A DNA stretch of 64,000 bases, from the NCBI GenBank assembly GCA_046759305.1, contig JBHIBY010000001.1:4339-68338 (forward strand), given 5' to 3'. The notes below the pieces were generated by a model. It searched no databases. It was given only the letters and a program-made list of their open reading frames with translations, and was not told where the DNA came from. The translations under genes were made by a program, and so were the position numbers. Numbering within the stretch: the stretch's first letter is position 1; each line of letters starts with the position of its first letter. Source of the DNA: Anaerolineales bacterium (GTDB lineage Bacteria > Chloroflexota > Anaerolineae > Anaerolineales > E44-bin32). This document shows, piece by piece, positions 47,171 through 58,161 of the stretch.

Positions 47171-47500
47171 CTACTTGGCTGGGAGACTCAAAGCGAAATC
47201 GACGCCTCTTTGAACCCACTGATCCAGACCCTCTTCCGTCGTGATCCCCGGATCGCCTACCATCACCCAACCTCTCATTGGACGACCCGTGAAATCGAAA
47301 ATGCGGGCGCCTGGTTCCTGGAGTGCGTCGTCGGTTTCGTCTTTGGCGAGCCGTACCATCATTTCATCACCGATGACCCCCACAGCCATGTTTCCCTGCA
47401 CCATAAAGCCAATCCCGCCAAACATCTCCCTCTCAACCAGGTCGGGCGGCGTTCCTATAACGCCTCGGATCCGATCTGCCAATTCGTCACTGTAGGCCAT
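47171..47500 (-). CDS. TfoX N-terminal-domain protein
   Basis: The pattern LADRIRGVIG...EREMFGGIGFMVQGNMAVGV is typical of TfoX_N. Confidence 0.8.
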   Translation of the reverse strand: MAYSDELADRIRGVIGTPPDLVEREMFGGIGFMVQGNMAVGVIGDEMMVRLAKDETDDALQEPGARIFDFTGRPMRGWVMVGDPGITTEEGLDQWVQRGVDFALSLPAK

Positions 47501-47512
47501 TATTCCCTGCCT

Positions 47513-47890
47513 TTAAATCCACTCCGGATCATTGACGGTTCGCTCCCCACCAGCATCGCCAGTATTGACGGTTTCGACCCGCTCAATCAGCAGAATCTCG
47601 CAACCAGGCTCTGCAACGGGCTTGTGCTCGGCGCCACGCGGTACAACAGCCATCTCGCCTTTTTCAAGCTTCACCGCACCGTCCTGGAAGTCTATCCGCA
47701 TTCTCCCTTCGATAACGAGAAAAAGTTCATCGGTTTCGGGATGGCTGTGCCAGACGAAGTCATCTTCAATCTTCACCAGCTTGATGTAATAGTCGTTCAT
47801 CTTGGCGATGATCTTAGGCGTCCAGAGCGCCTCGATTTTGGCGAGCTTCTCCGTCAGATTGATGGCTGGAGGCATTTTCTGCTCGATCAT
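47513..47890 (-). CDS. Cupin-domain protein
   Basis: [16 protein letters not shown] ... PRGAEHKP cupin motifs 1 and 2. Confidence 0.8.
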   Translation of the reverse strand: MIEQKMPPAINLTEKLAKIEALWTPKIIAKMNDYYIKLVKIEDDFVWHSHPETDELFLVIEGRMRIDFQDGAVKLEKGEMAVVPRGAEHKPVAEPGCEILLIERVETVNTGDAGGERTVNDPEWI

Positions 47891-48005
47891 TTAATTTCCT
47901 CCCAAAAACTCCCCCCGACTTCTAGTCCATCGGCTAATCGATGGACACAGGCGTTGCAGCCGGTCGCCTGATTGATGTCAAGATCGCAGGATGGATTTGA
48001 GTGTG

Positions 48006-49007
48006 CTAGTCTCTCAGGGTAGCTACCATCACTGCCTTGATGGTGTGCAAGCGGTTCTCAGCTTGATCGAATACGATTGAGCGGTCCGATTCGAAGACTT
48101 CTTCGGTTGCTTCGAGCCCGTCCAACTGATATTTCTGAAAGATCTCTTCGCCCACTGTTGTTTCCCGATTGTGGAAAGCTGGCAAACAGTGGAGAAACTT
48201 CGTATCCGGATTTCCTGTTGCTTCGATCGCCTGCCGGTTCACCTGGTATGGCCCTAGCAGTTCGGTCCGGTCCTGCCACACATCGTCCGGCTCTCCCATC
48301 GACACCCACACATCGGTGTACAGAAAGTCTGCTCGAGCAACACCCTCACTGACACTGCTCGTTACGGTAAGGCGCGCGGCGGTTTGCTCAGCGATCTCTT
48401 GGCATGTCCCAACCAACTCGGAATCTGGCCAGAGGGATTCGGGACCGCACAGGCGCACGTCCATACCCAATTTGCAGCCGCCGACCATGAGCGAATTCGA
48501 GACGTTATTATGCGTGTCTCCCAGGTAGCAGAAGACGATCTCCTCCATCGGCTTGTCGGCATGTTCGGACATAGTCATGACGTCGGCCAGAAATTGGGTC
48601 GGGTGGAATTCATCGGTAAGGCCGTTCCATACCGGCACCCCAGCGTATTCGGCCAGTTGTTCGCAGGTTGACTGTGCAAATCCGCGATATTCAATTCCGT
48701 CATACACACGTCCCAGGACACGGGCTGTGTCTTTCATCGATTCCTTATGCCCAATTTGTGATCCGCTAGGCCCGAGATACGTGACATGGGCTCCTTGGTC
48801 GTAGGCCGCAACTTCAAATGAGATGCGTGTACGTGTGGATGACTTCTCGAATATCAGCGCGATATTCTTACCAATGAGCTGCTGCGTTTCAGTTTTATTG
48901 TTCTTGGCAGCCTTCAAATTTGCCGAGAGGCTCAATAAGTATCTGATCTCGTCGGGGCTGAAATCTAATAGCTTGACCAGGTTGCGGCCCTGCAGTTTTG
49001 TGGCCAA
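48006..49007 (-). CDS. argF: Ornithine carbamoyltransferase
   Basis: Has STRTR, HPTQ and HCLP signature motifs. TTG start preceded by AAGGAGG-N7. Confidence 0.9.
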   Translation of the reverse strand: MATKLQGRNLVKLLDFSPDEIRYLLSLSANLKAAKNNKTETQQLIGKNIALIFEKSSTRTRISFEVAAYDQGAHVTYLGPSGSQIGHKESMKDTARVLGRVYDGIEYRGFAQSTCEQLAEYAGVPVWNGLTDEFHPTQFLADVMTMSEHADKPMEEIVFCYLGDTHNNVSNSLMVGGCKLGMDVRLCGPESLWPDSELVGTCQEIAEQTAARLTVTSSVSEGVARADFLYTDVWVSMGEPDDVWQDRTELLGPYQVNRQAIEATGNPDTKFLHCLPAFHNRETTVGEEIFQKYQLDGLEATEEVFESDRSIVFDQAENRLHTIKAVMVATLRD

Positions 49008-49153
49008 CAGCGGCCTCCTTTATTCTGAGCGCTTGCTTCCGCTCGGACGCACCCAATCCTAATTCCGTTCGAGGTGATTTGCTACATTCGATCTGCGCAG
49101 CACCAACCACGGAAGGTGAAGGCCACGCATGGGTAGCTTTATTGGATCGTACC

Positions 49154-49795
<642 letters not shown>

Positions 49796-50151
49796 CTACT
49801 TTGCGGCGTCATCTAGTGATTGTCAGTCTGGCTCATGAGACAATCGGTCCCGCCCTTACCCAGTGATCACGACCCCGGTACTGGACGACGTTCTCGAAGA
49901 AGTTAGCGAGGCAATGGACCACCTCCCTCAGGCTCTCGATTTCCGCATTCTCAAGGTCGTCATTGAACCCTGCGACAGCGATGATCAACATGGCCAGAGC
50001 CATGATGAGGTCTTGCTGGGCTCAATTCCATCGCAGTATCGAATTAGTCTGGCGAGGTGTTACTAACCGCCCGAAGGTGCCGTAGGGAGGGGAAAAGGTT
50101 TGCACGACTCAACCGAGCAGTTTTAATTGCTCTAAATTGTATTGGGTTGAT

Positions 50152-50556
50152 TTAGTAGCTTAGGACCCGAGGTAGCTCCTTGGCTTCTGAAACCCAACTC
50201 GCCACCTGGCTCTCTCCAGGAATGCCTCGCACAAGCTGCTTCTCCTCATTCGTCTGCATAAGTGCTTGATAAAGGTTTTCAGGATTTCGTTGAGCTAGCT
50301 CGGGAACGGTGTCGACTCCACATGCCTCCAACAGATCAGCGTATTCTTCGCTCACACCCTTGATCCTAAACAGGTCGGCCATATTCGTCCAACGCAGGAT
50401 CAATTTCCCACTGATTCCAGTCTCTTCTTCAATAGCCTGGCGCCCGGTTGGCGTCGCGGCTTTATCAAGCAAATCCTCTGTCGTCGAGATCCCAGCCGAG
50501 GACAGCTGGCCCGAATAGGCTTCGCCGATGCCTTCGATAGTCGTCAAACTGGTCAT
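50152..50556 (-). CDS. DUF4332-type helix-hairpin-helix protein
   Basis: Two repeats: IEGIGEAYSGQLSSAGISTTEDLL and IKGVSEEYADLLEACGVDTVPELA. Confidence 0.7.
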   Translation of the reverse strand: MTSLTTIEGIGEAYSGQLSSAGISTTEDLLDKAATPTGRQAIEEETGISGKLILRWTNMADLFRIKGVSEEYADLLEACGVDTVPELAQRNPENLYQALMQTNEEKQLVRGIPGESQVASWVSEAKELPRVLSY

Positions 50557-50724
50557 GTTTAGGTTCCTTCCTTAATGTCCTTGCCAAAAGTGGCGCATTT
50601 GCGGATTGATCATAATCCATGCTGATGCTCCATGCAGGATTACCGCTTCAAGCATTCGCAGAAGGAGTAGCTCGATACCTGAAATGACTGCGTGTTTCGA
50701 TATCAACCAGGTCGTATACTAAGC

Positions 50725-51342
50725 ATGAATCGCGCAAAAGGCTGCCCAATAGACCAACGTACTTTTCACGGCGAGATCACTCCACAAGACTTTGCCGACG
50801 CACTCCTTGCCAAATTCAATCAAGGAGGTATGCGTGCGCAGCAACGAGGGCGCGGCAATAGCCTGGTAGTGCAGATTGGCACAGCCCAGAGAAGACGATC
50901 TGGCGGATCCACCGCGATGACAGTACACCTATCGGAAGTAGAAGATGGAGTTCACGTGAAACTTGGTGAACAGCAGTGGCTGGGGCTCGCGGCCAGCCTC
51001 GGTCAGACCGCGCTAATGACCCTGCTGCGGCCGACCTCCCTTCTCGGGCGTCTGGACGACGTGGCTCAGGACATATCATCGTTGACTTTGGCAGATCGCG
51101 TCATGGACACACTGAAGGATACGGCTGCCGCGCTCGGGGCTTCGTATGAGATCACGCTGCGGTTGCGGCGGTTGACCTGCCCATACTGTGGGACAGCCAA
51201 CCCGGTCGGAGATCCCAGCTGCGTCGCCTGTGGGGGACCATTGGGCTACCGTCAGCCTATCGCGTGTAATAACTGCGGGTTCGTAAGTGAGGTTGGAACT
51301 AAACTTTGTCCGAATTGCGGAGATCCTCTCGAATCAATATGA
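50725..51342 (+). CDS. Hypothetical protein with C-terminal double zinc-ribbon
   Basis: CPYCGTANPVGDPSCVACGGPL and CNNCGFVSEVGTKLCPNCGDPL. The N-terminal domain is unrecognised. The ATG at 50725 is preferred to the track start. Confidence 0.55.
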   Translation: MNRAKGCPIDQRTFHGEITPQDFADALLAKFNQGGMRAQQRGRGNSLVVQIGTAQRRRSGGSTAMTVHLSEVEDGVHVKLGEQQWLGLAASLGQTALMTLLRPTSLLGRLDDVAQDISSLTLADRVMDTLKDTAAALGASYEITLRLRRLTCPYCGTANPVGDPSCVACGGPLGYRQPIACNNCGFVSEVGTKLCPNCGDPLESI

Positions 51343-51443
51343 CGGTCGTGATGTCAATCAACCGTTCCGTCTCATGAACTTTCTGAATCTCGCTTTCCAT
51401 CATCCACCGCCTAATTCACGAGTTACTCTTCTTTGAACCGGCG

Positions 51444-52088
51444 CTAACCTCCTGCATCCTTTGTGATCTTGCGGCCCGTACGCCACAGCCAGATACCGAA
51501 AAGAATCGGCCCGACCCCCATTAAGACGTTGAGAAGGATTGCTGGTGCACCCACAGTGCCGACCGGCAGTACGGCAGCAGACAGCATACTCAACAGCATG
51601 ACCAGACCTATCCAAAGAGGGACGACGCGTGCCAGAGTTACCGACGCAGCAAATACCAGATATCCAACACCCCCAGTTAGATACGAATAGATAAAACCCG
51701 CCCCGAAGACGCCCCACTCTGGACTGCCAAAGTTAGCATCCAGAATCGACGGTGCCGTTGAAGCAAGATAAGGCGACCCGAAGGCGTAAGCCCAGTTACC
51801 CCCGAGAGCTAGCGACATACCCAGGAACGCCAGAAGGAAAGCGACAAACCCTAATTTCCCGGCTCGGGGTGCCTGGACCGCGTAGAGGCCGGTAATTCCC
51901 AGAAGAAAGAGTATCGAACCGATGAGGCCGGGCATCCCGACCCAGAGCACGAAGCGAGGATCAGCCCCGTGGGCGCTTAGGGGAAGGTCTCCGAAGAGTG
52001 CCACCTGGAGCACACGTGCCAGGATGATCATAACCCCGGCGCCGATAGCGGATATCCCGCTCGCTTTGACTAGGCTGCTGTACGACAA
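51444..52088 (-). CDS. Polytopic membrane protein of unknown function
   Basis: 214-aa ORF with about 6 hydrophobic helices. Confidence 0.55.
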   Translation of the reverse strand: MSYSSLVKASGISAIGAGVMIILARVLQVALFGDLPLSAHGADPRFVLWVGMPGLIGSILFLLGITGLYAVQAPRAGKLGFVAFLLAFLGMSLALGGNWAYAFGSPYLASTAPSILDANFGSPEWGVFGAGFIYSYLTGGVGYLVFAASVTLARVVPLWIGLVMLLSMLSAAVLPVGTVGAPAILLNVLMGVGPILFGIWLWRTGRKITKDAGG

Positions 52089-52101
52089 ATGGAAGCCTTC
52101 T

Positions 52102-52773
52102 TCACGCGTCCAGTTCTAGAATCTGATCGGTGACCTTGATTAGGTCGGGACCGATCACGTCCGGTGTGTCATAGAGTGGGTGGATGATCCTTCCACCGCG
52201 CGCAATGAATGCCGCTCTACACCCGGCGCGCAGTGCGCCGAAGACATCCCAATCGTGGGCGGCGATCAGCCGCATCTGGTCTAGACCTACTCCCAGCTTC
52301 GAGGCGGCCAAGTTGTAGGGTTCCGGCGCCGGCTTATAAGCGCCTATTTCGTCAACCGATATGAGCTCCTCGAAAAAGTCGCTCAGCCCGGCATTTGAAA
52401 TCTGATCGGTGACCACCGCTTGAGCGGAGTTGGTCAAGGTTGCCAGACGAAAGCCGGCATCGCGGAGCCGCTCCAGGCTGGGAACTACATCAGGATGAGG
52501 AGGCAGCTCCCGCACTGTTCCGAGGATTGCCCGGCGGTGATCATCGCTAAGGTCTGCCCCCTGCCGTGCAGCCACCACATCCAGGGCCGCCCCAGCCAGA
52601 GCGCCAAAGTTCTGATAAGCATCGGTCACTGTGGTCACCAGCGAGGTATGGAGGAGCACTGCAAACCATGGCTGCATAGCAGCCGATTCGCCAAAGGCCT
52701 CTTCGAAGTGCGGTTGTAGGGCGCTGAGATCAAGTAGCGTTTCGTTTACGTCGCACAAGATGACTTTATTCAT
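52102..52773 (-). CDS. HAD-superfamily hydrolase, haloacid dehalogenase type II-like
   Basis: Motif I variant CDVNETL, a TNS motif II region (LATLTNS), and a C-terminal AAHDWDVxGA that is typical of type II dehalogenases. Confidence 0.72.
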   Translation of the reverse strand: MNKVILCDVNETLLDLSALQPHFEEAFGESAAMQPWFAVLLHTSLVTTVTDAYQNFGALAGAALDVVAARQGADLSDDHRRAILGTVRELPPHPDVVPSLERLRDAGFRLATLTNSAQAVVTDQISNAGLSDFFEELISVDEIGAYKPAPEPYNLAASKLGVGLDQMRLIAAHDWDVFGALRAGCRAAFIARGGRIIHPLYDTPDVIGPDLIKVTDQILELDA

Positions 52774-53022
52774 CGCATTACCTTACATTTCGTGGAAAGT
52801 TGGCTGGGTAGTAGAGGGCGTGCGCGGGCATTCCTGCTGCTAGGATGATCAGGCGGCGGCAATGGTCGGCGTACGAACCCGCCCTCCGCTCCAACGAATA
52901 TTTTGACGGCGGTATGCTCCAGCTACTTGGATTGTAGGGGCTGAATTTGATTAGCTACGAACTCGCGCATCATCAGCGATTCTGATTGAACTAGATAGCT
53001 CTGCGAGTCTCAGCTGAGTGCA

Positions 53023-53391
53023 TTAAAGCGAAGCTCGAGCTTTCTCCAGGTCATTCGTGCCGACTACGAGCCTGGTGCCTGTTGCCAGATATGTGAGGTC
53101 GATGTTAACTCCCTCATTGGCAATCTTACGTGCGACTTCTCCAAAAGCACCCGGTCGGTCTTCGATTTCAACCACCAATACTTCACGCTCTCCACCCACC
53201 TCGATGCCCGCTGCATCTAGGACGCTCCGCGCATTTGCCGCATCTTCAACCAGCACGTGAAAAACCCCCTTGCCTTCGCTCGGAAATCCGCACATGCCAT
53301 CGACGTTGATGCCAGCCCCGCCCAAGGCCTCCCCCAGATCAGCTAGCGTGCCAGGACGGTCTTCCAAGTGAACAGTCAGGTCTGTGGCCAT
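53023..53391 (-). CDS. ACT-domain protein (two ACT-like halves)
   Basis: LEDRPGTLADLGEALGGAGINV and IEDRPGAFGEVARKIANEGVNI. SD GAGGAGGA. Confidence 0.75.
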   Translation of the reverse strand: MATDLTVHLEDRPGTLADLGEALGGAGINVDGMCGFPSEGKGVFHVLVEDAANARSVLDAAGIEVGGEREVLVVEIEDRPGAFGEVARKIANEGVNIDLTYLATGTRLVVGTNDLEKARASL

Positions 53392-53568
53392 TGTCCTCCT
53401 CCGCTTGATCGTCCCCTAGGCGCGGACTCGCCCGGGAACCGGTTCCTTGCTAGCATTATAAGTCCTGGCACTTGCCTAGGTTTGTTATATTGATGTAAAT
53501 AGAAGAGATTCTAAATAGGCCTTGAGATTGTCGAGACTGACGCGCTCCAAACTAGATACGCCGTGCGC

Positions 53569-56049
53569 TCAGCACTCGCTGAAGCCACAAGAATAGCATT
53601 TACGGCAGCCCTCCTCGTTCACCATCGACGCAGCCCCACAATCTGGGCAGAGATCACCAATCACCAACGGGATCAGTTCAGGTTCCGCGGCTTCGAGCTG
53701 CTCCTCGGTTTCACCTAGGTAGTGCGCCAACCCACGGGCCACCCCGTCTGGCAGCGACAACACTCTCTCGGCCCCAAATCCGGTCGGCCTTCCCCCGCCA
53801 ATACCGGAGAGCTGACGGACAACGTCCATCAGTCGATCGCGTGGCATCACTGGAGAGGTCAAGCGCAGGATGTAGGAAATCAAGCGTCCAATTGCCTCTG
53901 ATACGGCCGCAGTTTCTGAACCCGCCTTAGCGGTGGTGATAAACACCTCAAAAGGTTGGTCCCCGCCGTTCTGATTGACGGTGACAAATGCCTTTCCAAC
54001 CGGTGTTTCCATGCTGAACGTTGAGCCATCCAGGCGCTTCGGGCGTGGCTTCTTGCTCGGCATCCACATCCGGAGCTGTGAGGCAGCAAACTCGTCATCT
54101 TCAACATCCGCTGCCAACTGCTTTTCAGCTGTTGATTTGGTCTCGAGAACTACTTTCTGGCGTGAACCGGTCACATACACCGTGAGCCCTCGGCAGCCCA
54201 GCTTCCACGCCTGCAAGTAGGCCTGCGCCACATCATCCACTGCAGCATCCTCTGGAAAGTTACAGGTCTTGGAGAGGCTGTTATCAACAAACGCCTGCAT
54301 GGCTGCCTGCATACGAACATGTTCATCGGCTGAAATATCCTGCGAGACGACGAAGGTGTGCCGAACGTGCTCTGGCACCTCCTCAATATGCTGGCATGTC
54401 CCCGCTTCAATAATCTGTTCGACAATACGCAGCCGGATCTCATCGTCCACGCCCGCATCAAGCAAAGCTTGCTCGAACAGGGGGCTCGCGTAAGTCAGCT
54501 GCAGGTCGGTCCCGTTATCATCCACATGCCGAATATAAGCCAGAGCAAATACCGGCTCGCATCCATAGCCCTCGCAACCTGCCACCGTGGCAATGGTACC
54601 GGTGGGCGCAATCGTTGTCTGCGCTGCGTTCCGGATTCCATGCTTCTTGATTCCGGCAGAAATATCTGTCCAGTCGAGGTCTGGCCTACCAAAATGGCGC
54701 TGATAGGTGGTGAGCGCGGTAGGAGGTGACCAGCGCAGGTCTGCTGGATCGTAGATGCTCCCCTCGATGGCACCGAAAGGGCCGCGAACTTCTGCTAGTT
54801 CGATGCTGGTCTTCATCGAGTGGTAGCGGACGAACTCCATCACCTGCGCTGCAAATTCCTGTGCTTCATCGGAGCCGTAGCGAACCCCAACGTTGTACAT
54901 CAAGTCACCCAAGCCCATGATCCCGAGGCCGATGCGACGTGCGCGAATAGCGGCTTCACGAAGCTGTGGCACGGCAGGTACATAGGCATTCGCGCTGACC
55001 ACGTTGTCGAGAAAGCGCGTGCTGAGAACGAGGCTCTGCTCAAGCCTCTCCCAATCCACAGCACCGCTCGCTCCGCAGTGTTGTGCCAGATTGATAGATC
55101 CCAGGCAGCAGTTCTCGTACGGTCCGAGCCACTGCTCACCACACGGGTTGGTCGCTTCGAGCTCGTAGAGATGAGGTAATGGGTTGTTTCGATTGGCTGA
55201 ATCGAGGAACAGGATGCCTGGTTCACCATTGTTGTGGGCATGCCGGACCAAAAGATCGAATATCTCGCGCGCGGATGCTTTCTCGACCACCTCACCGGAA
55301 TGAGGCGAGATCAAATCATAGAAGGCGTCATCCCGAACGGCCTGCATGAACTCATCCGTCACACCCACCGAGATGTTGAAATTCGTGATCTGATTTTCGT
55401 CAATTTTGCAGGTGATGAAATCGCGAATGTCGGGGTGATCGACGCGGAGAACCGCCATGTTGGCTCCTCTGCGCGTCCCACCTTGTGCAATTTCCCCGAA
55501 GGCCTTGTCGTAGACTCGCAGGAATCCAACGGGTCCAGTGGCCATCCCGGCAGAAGACTTCACCAGTGATCCTTTGTGGCGAAGTTTGCTGAAAGAAAAT
55601 CCGTTCCCCCCACCCGTTTGCTGAATCAGCGCTGCATCACGCAGGGTCTGGAAAATGCCCGACGCATCGCGCCCCATATCGTCCGATATTGGAAGCACAA
55701 AACACGCAGCAAGCTGGCCCAGGGGCGTGCCCGCGCCGGTGAAGGTCGGTGAATTTGGGAAGAACCGTTTAGAAACTAGCAGATCGTAAAACTGTCGAGC
55801 CAGAGCTAGATGATCGCCATCGAATTCAATCTCCGAAGCCGCCACATGGTAGGCAACGCGCCAGAACATCTCGTCAACGGTCTCGCCCGGCTCGCCGTCC
55901 GGCTGGCGCCGCACGTAACGCTTCTGAAGGACCGTGCGAGCGTTATCAGCCAGTTCAATTGTCGGTAGTTCCTCTGGGAGCGGGGGCGTTGGTGAGAGGC
56001 GGAGATCGTCCGCTTGTACCCGCACCTCAGGATCCGAGGTCTCCAGCAT
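53569..56049 (-). CDS. nrdJ: Class II (adenosylcobalamin-dependent) ribonucleotide reductase
   Basis: Has the ATNPCGEQ active-site loop and a C-terminal Cys cluster CPDCG...[12 protein letters not shown]. 826 aa. SD GGAGGAGGG. Confidence 0.92.
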   Translation of the reverse strand: MLETSDPEVRVQADDLRLSPTPPLPEELPTIELADNARTVLQKRYVRRQPDGEPGETVDEMFWRVAYHVAASEIEFDGDHLALARQFYDLLVSKRFFPNSPTFTGAGTPLGQLAACFVLPISDDMGRDASGIFQTLRDAALIQQTGGGNGFSFSKLRHKGSLVKSSAGMATGPVGFLRVYDKAFGEIAQGGTRRGANMAVLRVDHPDIRDFITCKIDENQITNFNISVGVTDEFMQAVRDDAFYDLISPHSGEVVEKASAREIFDLLVRHAHNNGEPGILFLDSANRNNPLPHLYELEATNPCGEQWLGPYENCCLGSINLAQHCGASGAVDWERLEQSLVLSTRFLDNVVSANAYVPAVPQLREAAIRARRIGLGIMGLGDLMYNVGVRYGSDEAQEFAAQVMEFVRYHSMKTSIELAEVRGPFGAIEGSIYDPADLRWSPPTALTTYQRHFGRPDLDWTDISAGIKKHGIRNAAQTTIAPTGTIATVAGCEGYGCEPVFALAYIRHVDDNGTDLQLTYASPLFEQALLDAGVDDEIRLRIVEQIIEAGTCQHIEEVPEHVRHTFVVSQDISADEHVRMQAAMQAFVDNSLSKTCNFPEDAAVDDVAQAYLQAWKLGCRGLTVYVTGSRQKVVLETKSTAEKQLAADVEDDEFAASQLRMWMPSKKPRPKRLDGSTFSMETPVGKAFVTVNQNGGDQPFEVFITTAKAGSETAAVSEAIGRLISYILRLTSPVMPRDRLMDVVRQLSGIGGGRPTGFGAERVLSLPDGVARGLAHYLGETEEQLEAAEPELIPLVIGDLCPDCGAASMVNEEGCRKCYSCGFSEC

Positions 56050-56177
56050 TGCACCCTCCTCCGGGCGACTTCCCTCTCCTCCGGTAGAGAAGATCAGATG
56101 ATCGTGCGAGGGTAAGAGACTGATGTCTCCACGGCGTGTGCCCCGCCTGATATCTCGCGACCCAGCGGGCCGCGGCC

Positions 56178-56642
56178 CTATGCGATTTGAATTTCGGCTT
56201 CCAGGAGTTGGTCGATCTCGTTCCGAATGGCTTGCAGATCATCCAATCCCAGATACACGATCGCGTAGCGAATATATGCGATGTGATCCAGCTCCTTCAG
56301 TCCATGGATGACCAGGTCCCCTACCACTCGGGCCGGGATCTCCGGCTTCCCCAGCGATTGCAACCTAGCTTCGACTTCCCCTACCAGCCTATCGATGTCT
56401 GCCGCCGAAACCGGTCGCTTCGCGCAGGCGATCCTGACCCCTCGAGCCAGCTTCTCACGATCGAACGCCTCACGGCTGCTATCGGCCTTGATTAACAGCG
56501 GGGCTGTAAGGATGGCCCGTTCGTAAGTGCTAAACCGCTCGCTGCAGACTTTGCAAACTCGCCGCCTCCGAACGCCCCCCTTGGCATCGTGAGTGGTATC
56601 GATCACTCTGGTGCTGTTGCCTTGGCAGTACGGGCATTGCAT
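56178..56642 (-). CDS. nrdR: Transcriptional repressor NrdR
   Basis: Zinc ribbon MQCPYCQG...RRRVCKVC, followed by an ATP-cone. Confidence 0.93.
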   Translation of the reverse strand: MQCPYCQGNSTRVIDTTHDAKGGVRRRRVCKVCSERFSTYERAILTAPLLIKADSSREAFDREKLARGVRIACAKRPVSAADIDRLVGEVEARLQSLGKPEIPARVVGDLVIHGLKELDHIAYIRYAIVYLGLDDLQAIRNEIDQLLEAEIQIA

Positions 56643-56658
56643 TGGCGGCTATCCCGTC

Positions 56659-56719
56659 CCGAACACTTGTTTGGCCCCAGATATTCCGAACACTTGCCAG
56701 CTGACCCAAACATGTTCCG
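56659..56719 (-). promoter_or_regulatory. Three related inverted-repeat boxes (AACA-N0-2-TGTT cores) in the nrdR leader; candidate operator sites
   Basis: Plus-strand CCGAACACTTGTTTGG (56659-56674), CCGAACACTTGCC (56686-56698) and CCAAACATGTTCCG (56706-56719). Confidence 0.3.
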
Positions 56720-56731
56720 TTGGGGTCGGGG

Positions 56732-56760
56732 ATTGTAGCACGGCGAAAATCGCGCGCCAA
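56732..56760 (-). promoter_or_regulatory. Candidate sigma-70-type promoter of nrdR-nrdJ
   Basis: Minus strand: TTGGCG, a 17-nt spacer, then TGC-TACAAT (extended -10). Confidence 0.45.
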
Positions 56761-56811
56761 CCCCCGCGGGGGCGAATCGACCTTAAAGTTTTTAGTACCC
56801 TAGTAATGGAT

Positions 56812-56854
56812 GGAGGAAATTGTGCGGGCGCCGGGAGGAGGTTCCGGCGCCCGC
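56812..56854 (-). terminator. Strong hairpin downstream of ftsZ
   Basis: GCGGGCGCCGG-(9 nt loop)-CCGGCGCCCGC, an 11-bp perfect GC stem, followed on the minus strand by ACAATTTCC (a weak U-tract). Confidence 0.55.
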
Positions 56855-56999
56855 TGCTTGTGGGGTCCCCAAATGACCTCGGGAACCAAGGAGGCTCGGA
56901 GCAGAATCCGCGAGAGACTCGCCAGTGTAAGTGGAACGACCGTGGCTAAGTCCCTTGACCCTTTAGTTTGGAGCTAAGGGAACACGGCCGCGAGCGGGT

Positions 57000-58121
57000 T
57001 TAACGACGCCGCAAGAAAGCCGGGATGTCTAGGTCGTTGACGTCGATGGTCTGCGGCACAAACTCGTCCGCCGGTATCGGTGTTTCGCCGGCCTCCACCA
57101 GCCCCTCTTCCTGGGCCGCGGCGGCTTGAGCGAAGCGCCGCAGACGTGCTGAAGCTCGCTTCGGTCCGCCCGAGCGCTCGAACCCGGTGGCGATGACGGT
57201 CACTCTCAGATCCTCGCCCATGCTTGGGTCGATCACCGCTCCAAAAATCAGATTGACATCTGGATGCGCGGTTTCCTTGATGATGGCAGCCGCCTGATTT
57301 ACCTCAAACAGGCTCAGGTCGGAGCCACCGGTAACGTTAAATAGGATGCCGCGCGCCCCATCGATGGTGATGTCGAGCAGGTGGCTGGAAATGGCCTGTT
57401 CTGCCGCAACTCGAGCACGATCCTCGCCTGCAGCACGACCTACTGCCATTAACGCCGCACCACCCTCGGACATGATCGTTCGGACATCCGCGAAGTCCAG
57501 ATTGATCAGGCCAGGAACGGTAATCAGCTCACTAATGCCCTGGATGCCTTGACGCAACACGTCATCGGCTAGCTTAAAGGACTCCTGTAGGCTGGCGCGT
57601 TTGTCCGCGATCTGGATCAGCCGGTCGTTAGGAATTACGATCAGGGTGTCAACTTGCTCCTTCAATTCGTTGATACCGGCTTCTGCGACCTGCATTCGTT
57701 TGGCGCCTTCGAACGTGAAGGGGCGCGTTACCACGCCGATTGAGAGCGCACCGATTTCCTTCGCGATCTGAGAGATCACAGGTGCGGCACCCGTTCCCGT
57801 CCCACCGCCAATACCGGCCGCGATAAATACCATATCGGAGCCCTTGAGGACCTCATACACATCCTCTGCCGACTCCTCGGCCGCCTTCTGACCGACCTCC
57901 GGATCGCCCCCGGCTCCCAAGCCACGCGTGAGCTTGTCGCCGATGCGAACACGGGTCGGCGCGTCCGAAAGCAGGAGCGCCTGGGCATCGGTGTTGATGG
58001 CCACAAATTCGATGCCGGCCAAGCCCTCCTCGATCATGCGGTTTACAGCATTGCTGCCGCCACCGCCGACGCCAACTACCTTAATTCGTGCAAATGACTC
58101 GATCTGTGGTGCTGGTTGCAT
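57000..58121 (-). CDS. ftsZ: Cell division protein FtsZ
   Basis: Has the tubulin signature [21 protein letters not shown]. Confidence 0.95.
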   Translation of the reverse strand: MQPAPQIESFARIKVVGVGGGGSNAVNRMIEEGLAGIEFVAINTDAQALLLSDAPTRVRIGDKLTRGLGAGGDPEVGQKAAEESAEDVYEVLKGSDMVFIAAGIGGGTGTGAAPVISQIAKEIGALSIGVVTRPFTFEGAKRMQVAEAGINELKEQVDTLIVIPNDRLIQIADKRASLQESFKLADDVLRQGIQGISELITVPGLINLDFADVRTIMSEGGAALMAVGRAAGEDRARVAAEQAISSHLLDITIDGARGILFNVTGGSDLSLFEVNQAAAIIKETAHPDVNLIFGAVIDPSMGEDLRVTVIATGFERSGGPKRASARLRRFAQAAAAQEEGLVEAGETPIPADEFVPQTIDVNDLDIPAFLRRR

Positions 58122-58161
58122 GTTGTCCTCCTCTGACTTGCTCGGTCTCCGATATCGGGCG

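Noticed and set aside
47210-47971. 253-aa plus-strand ORF spanning two minus-strand genes
   Set aside because: The minus-strand frames give clear TfoX_N and cupin motifs with their own SDs and a terminator. The plus frame has no recognisable features.
52774-53022. 250-bp gap between the ACT-domain gene and the HAD hydrolase as a possible ncRNA or riboswitch
   Set aside because: I found no recognisable conserved core, strong hairpin or repeat. It is most likely an ordinary promoter/UTR region.
56050-56177. Possible cobalamin riboswitch or NrdR boxes in front of the B12-dependent nrdJ
   Set aside because: The spacer is only 128 nt and has no B12-box-like GCCACTG element. Beyond a GGGCCGCGGCCC stem at the nrdR stop there are no paired palindromes. 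nrdJ is probably co-transcribed with nrdR.
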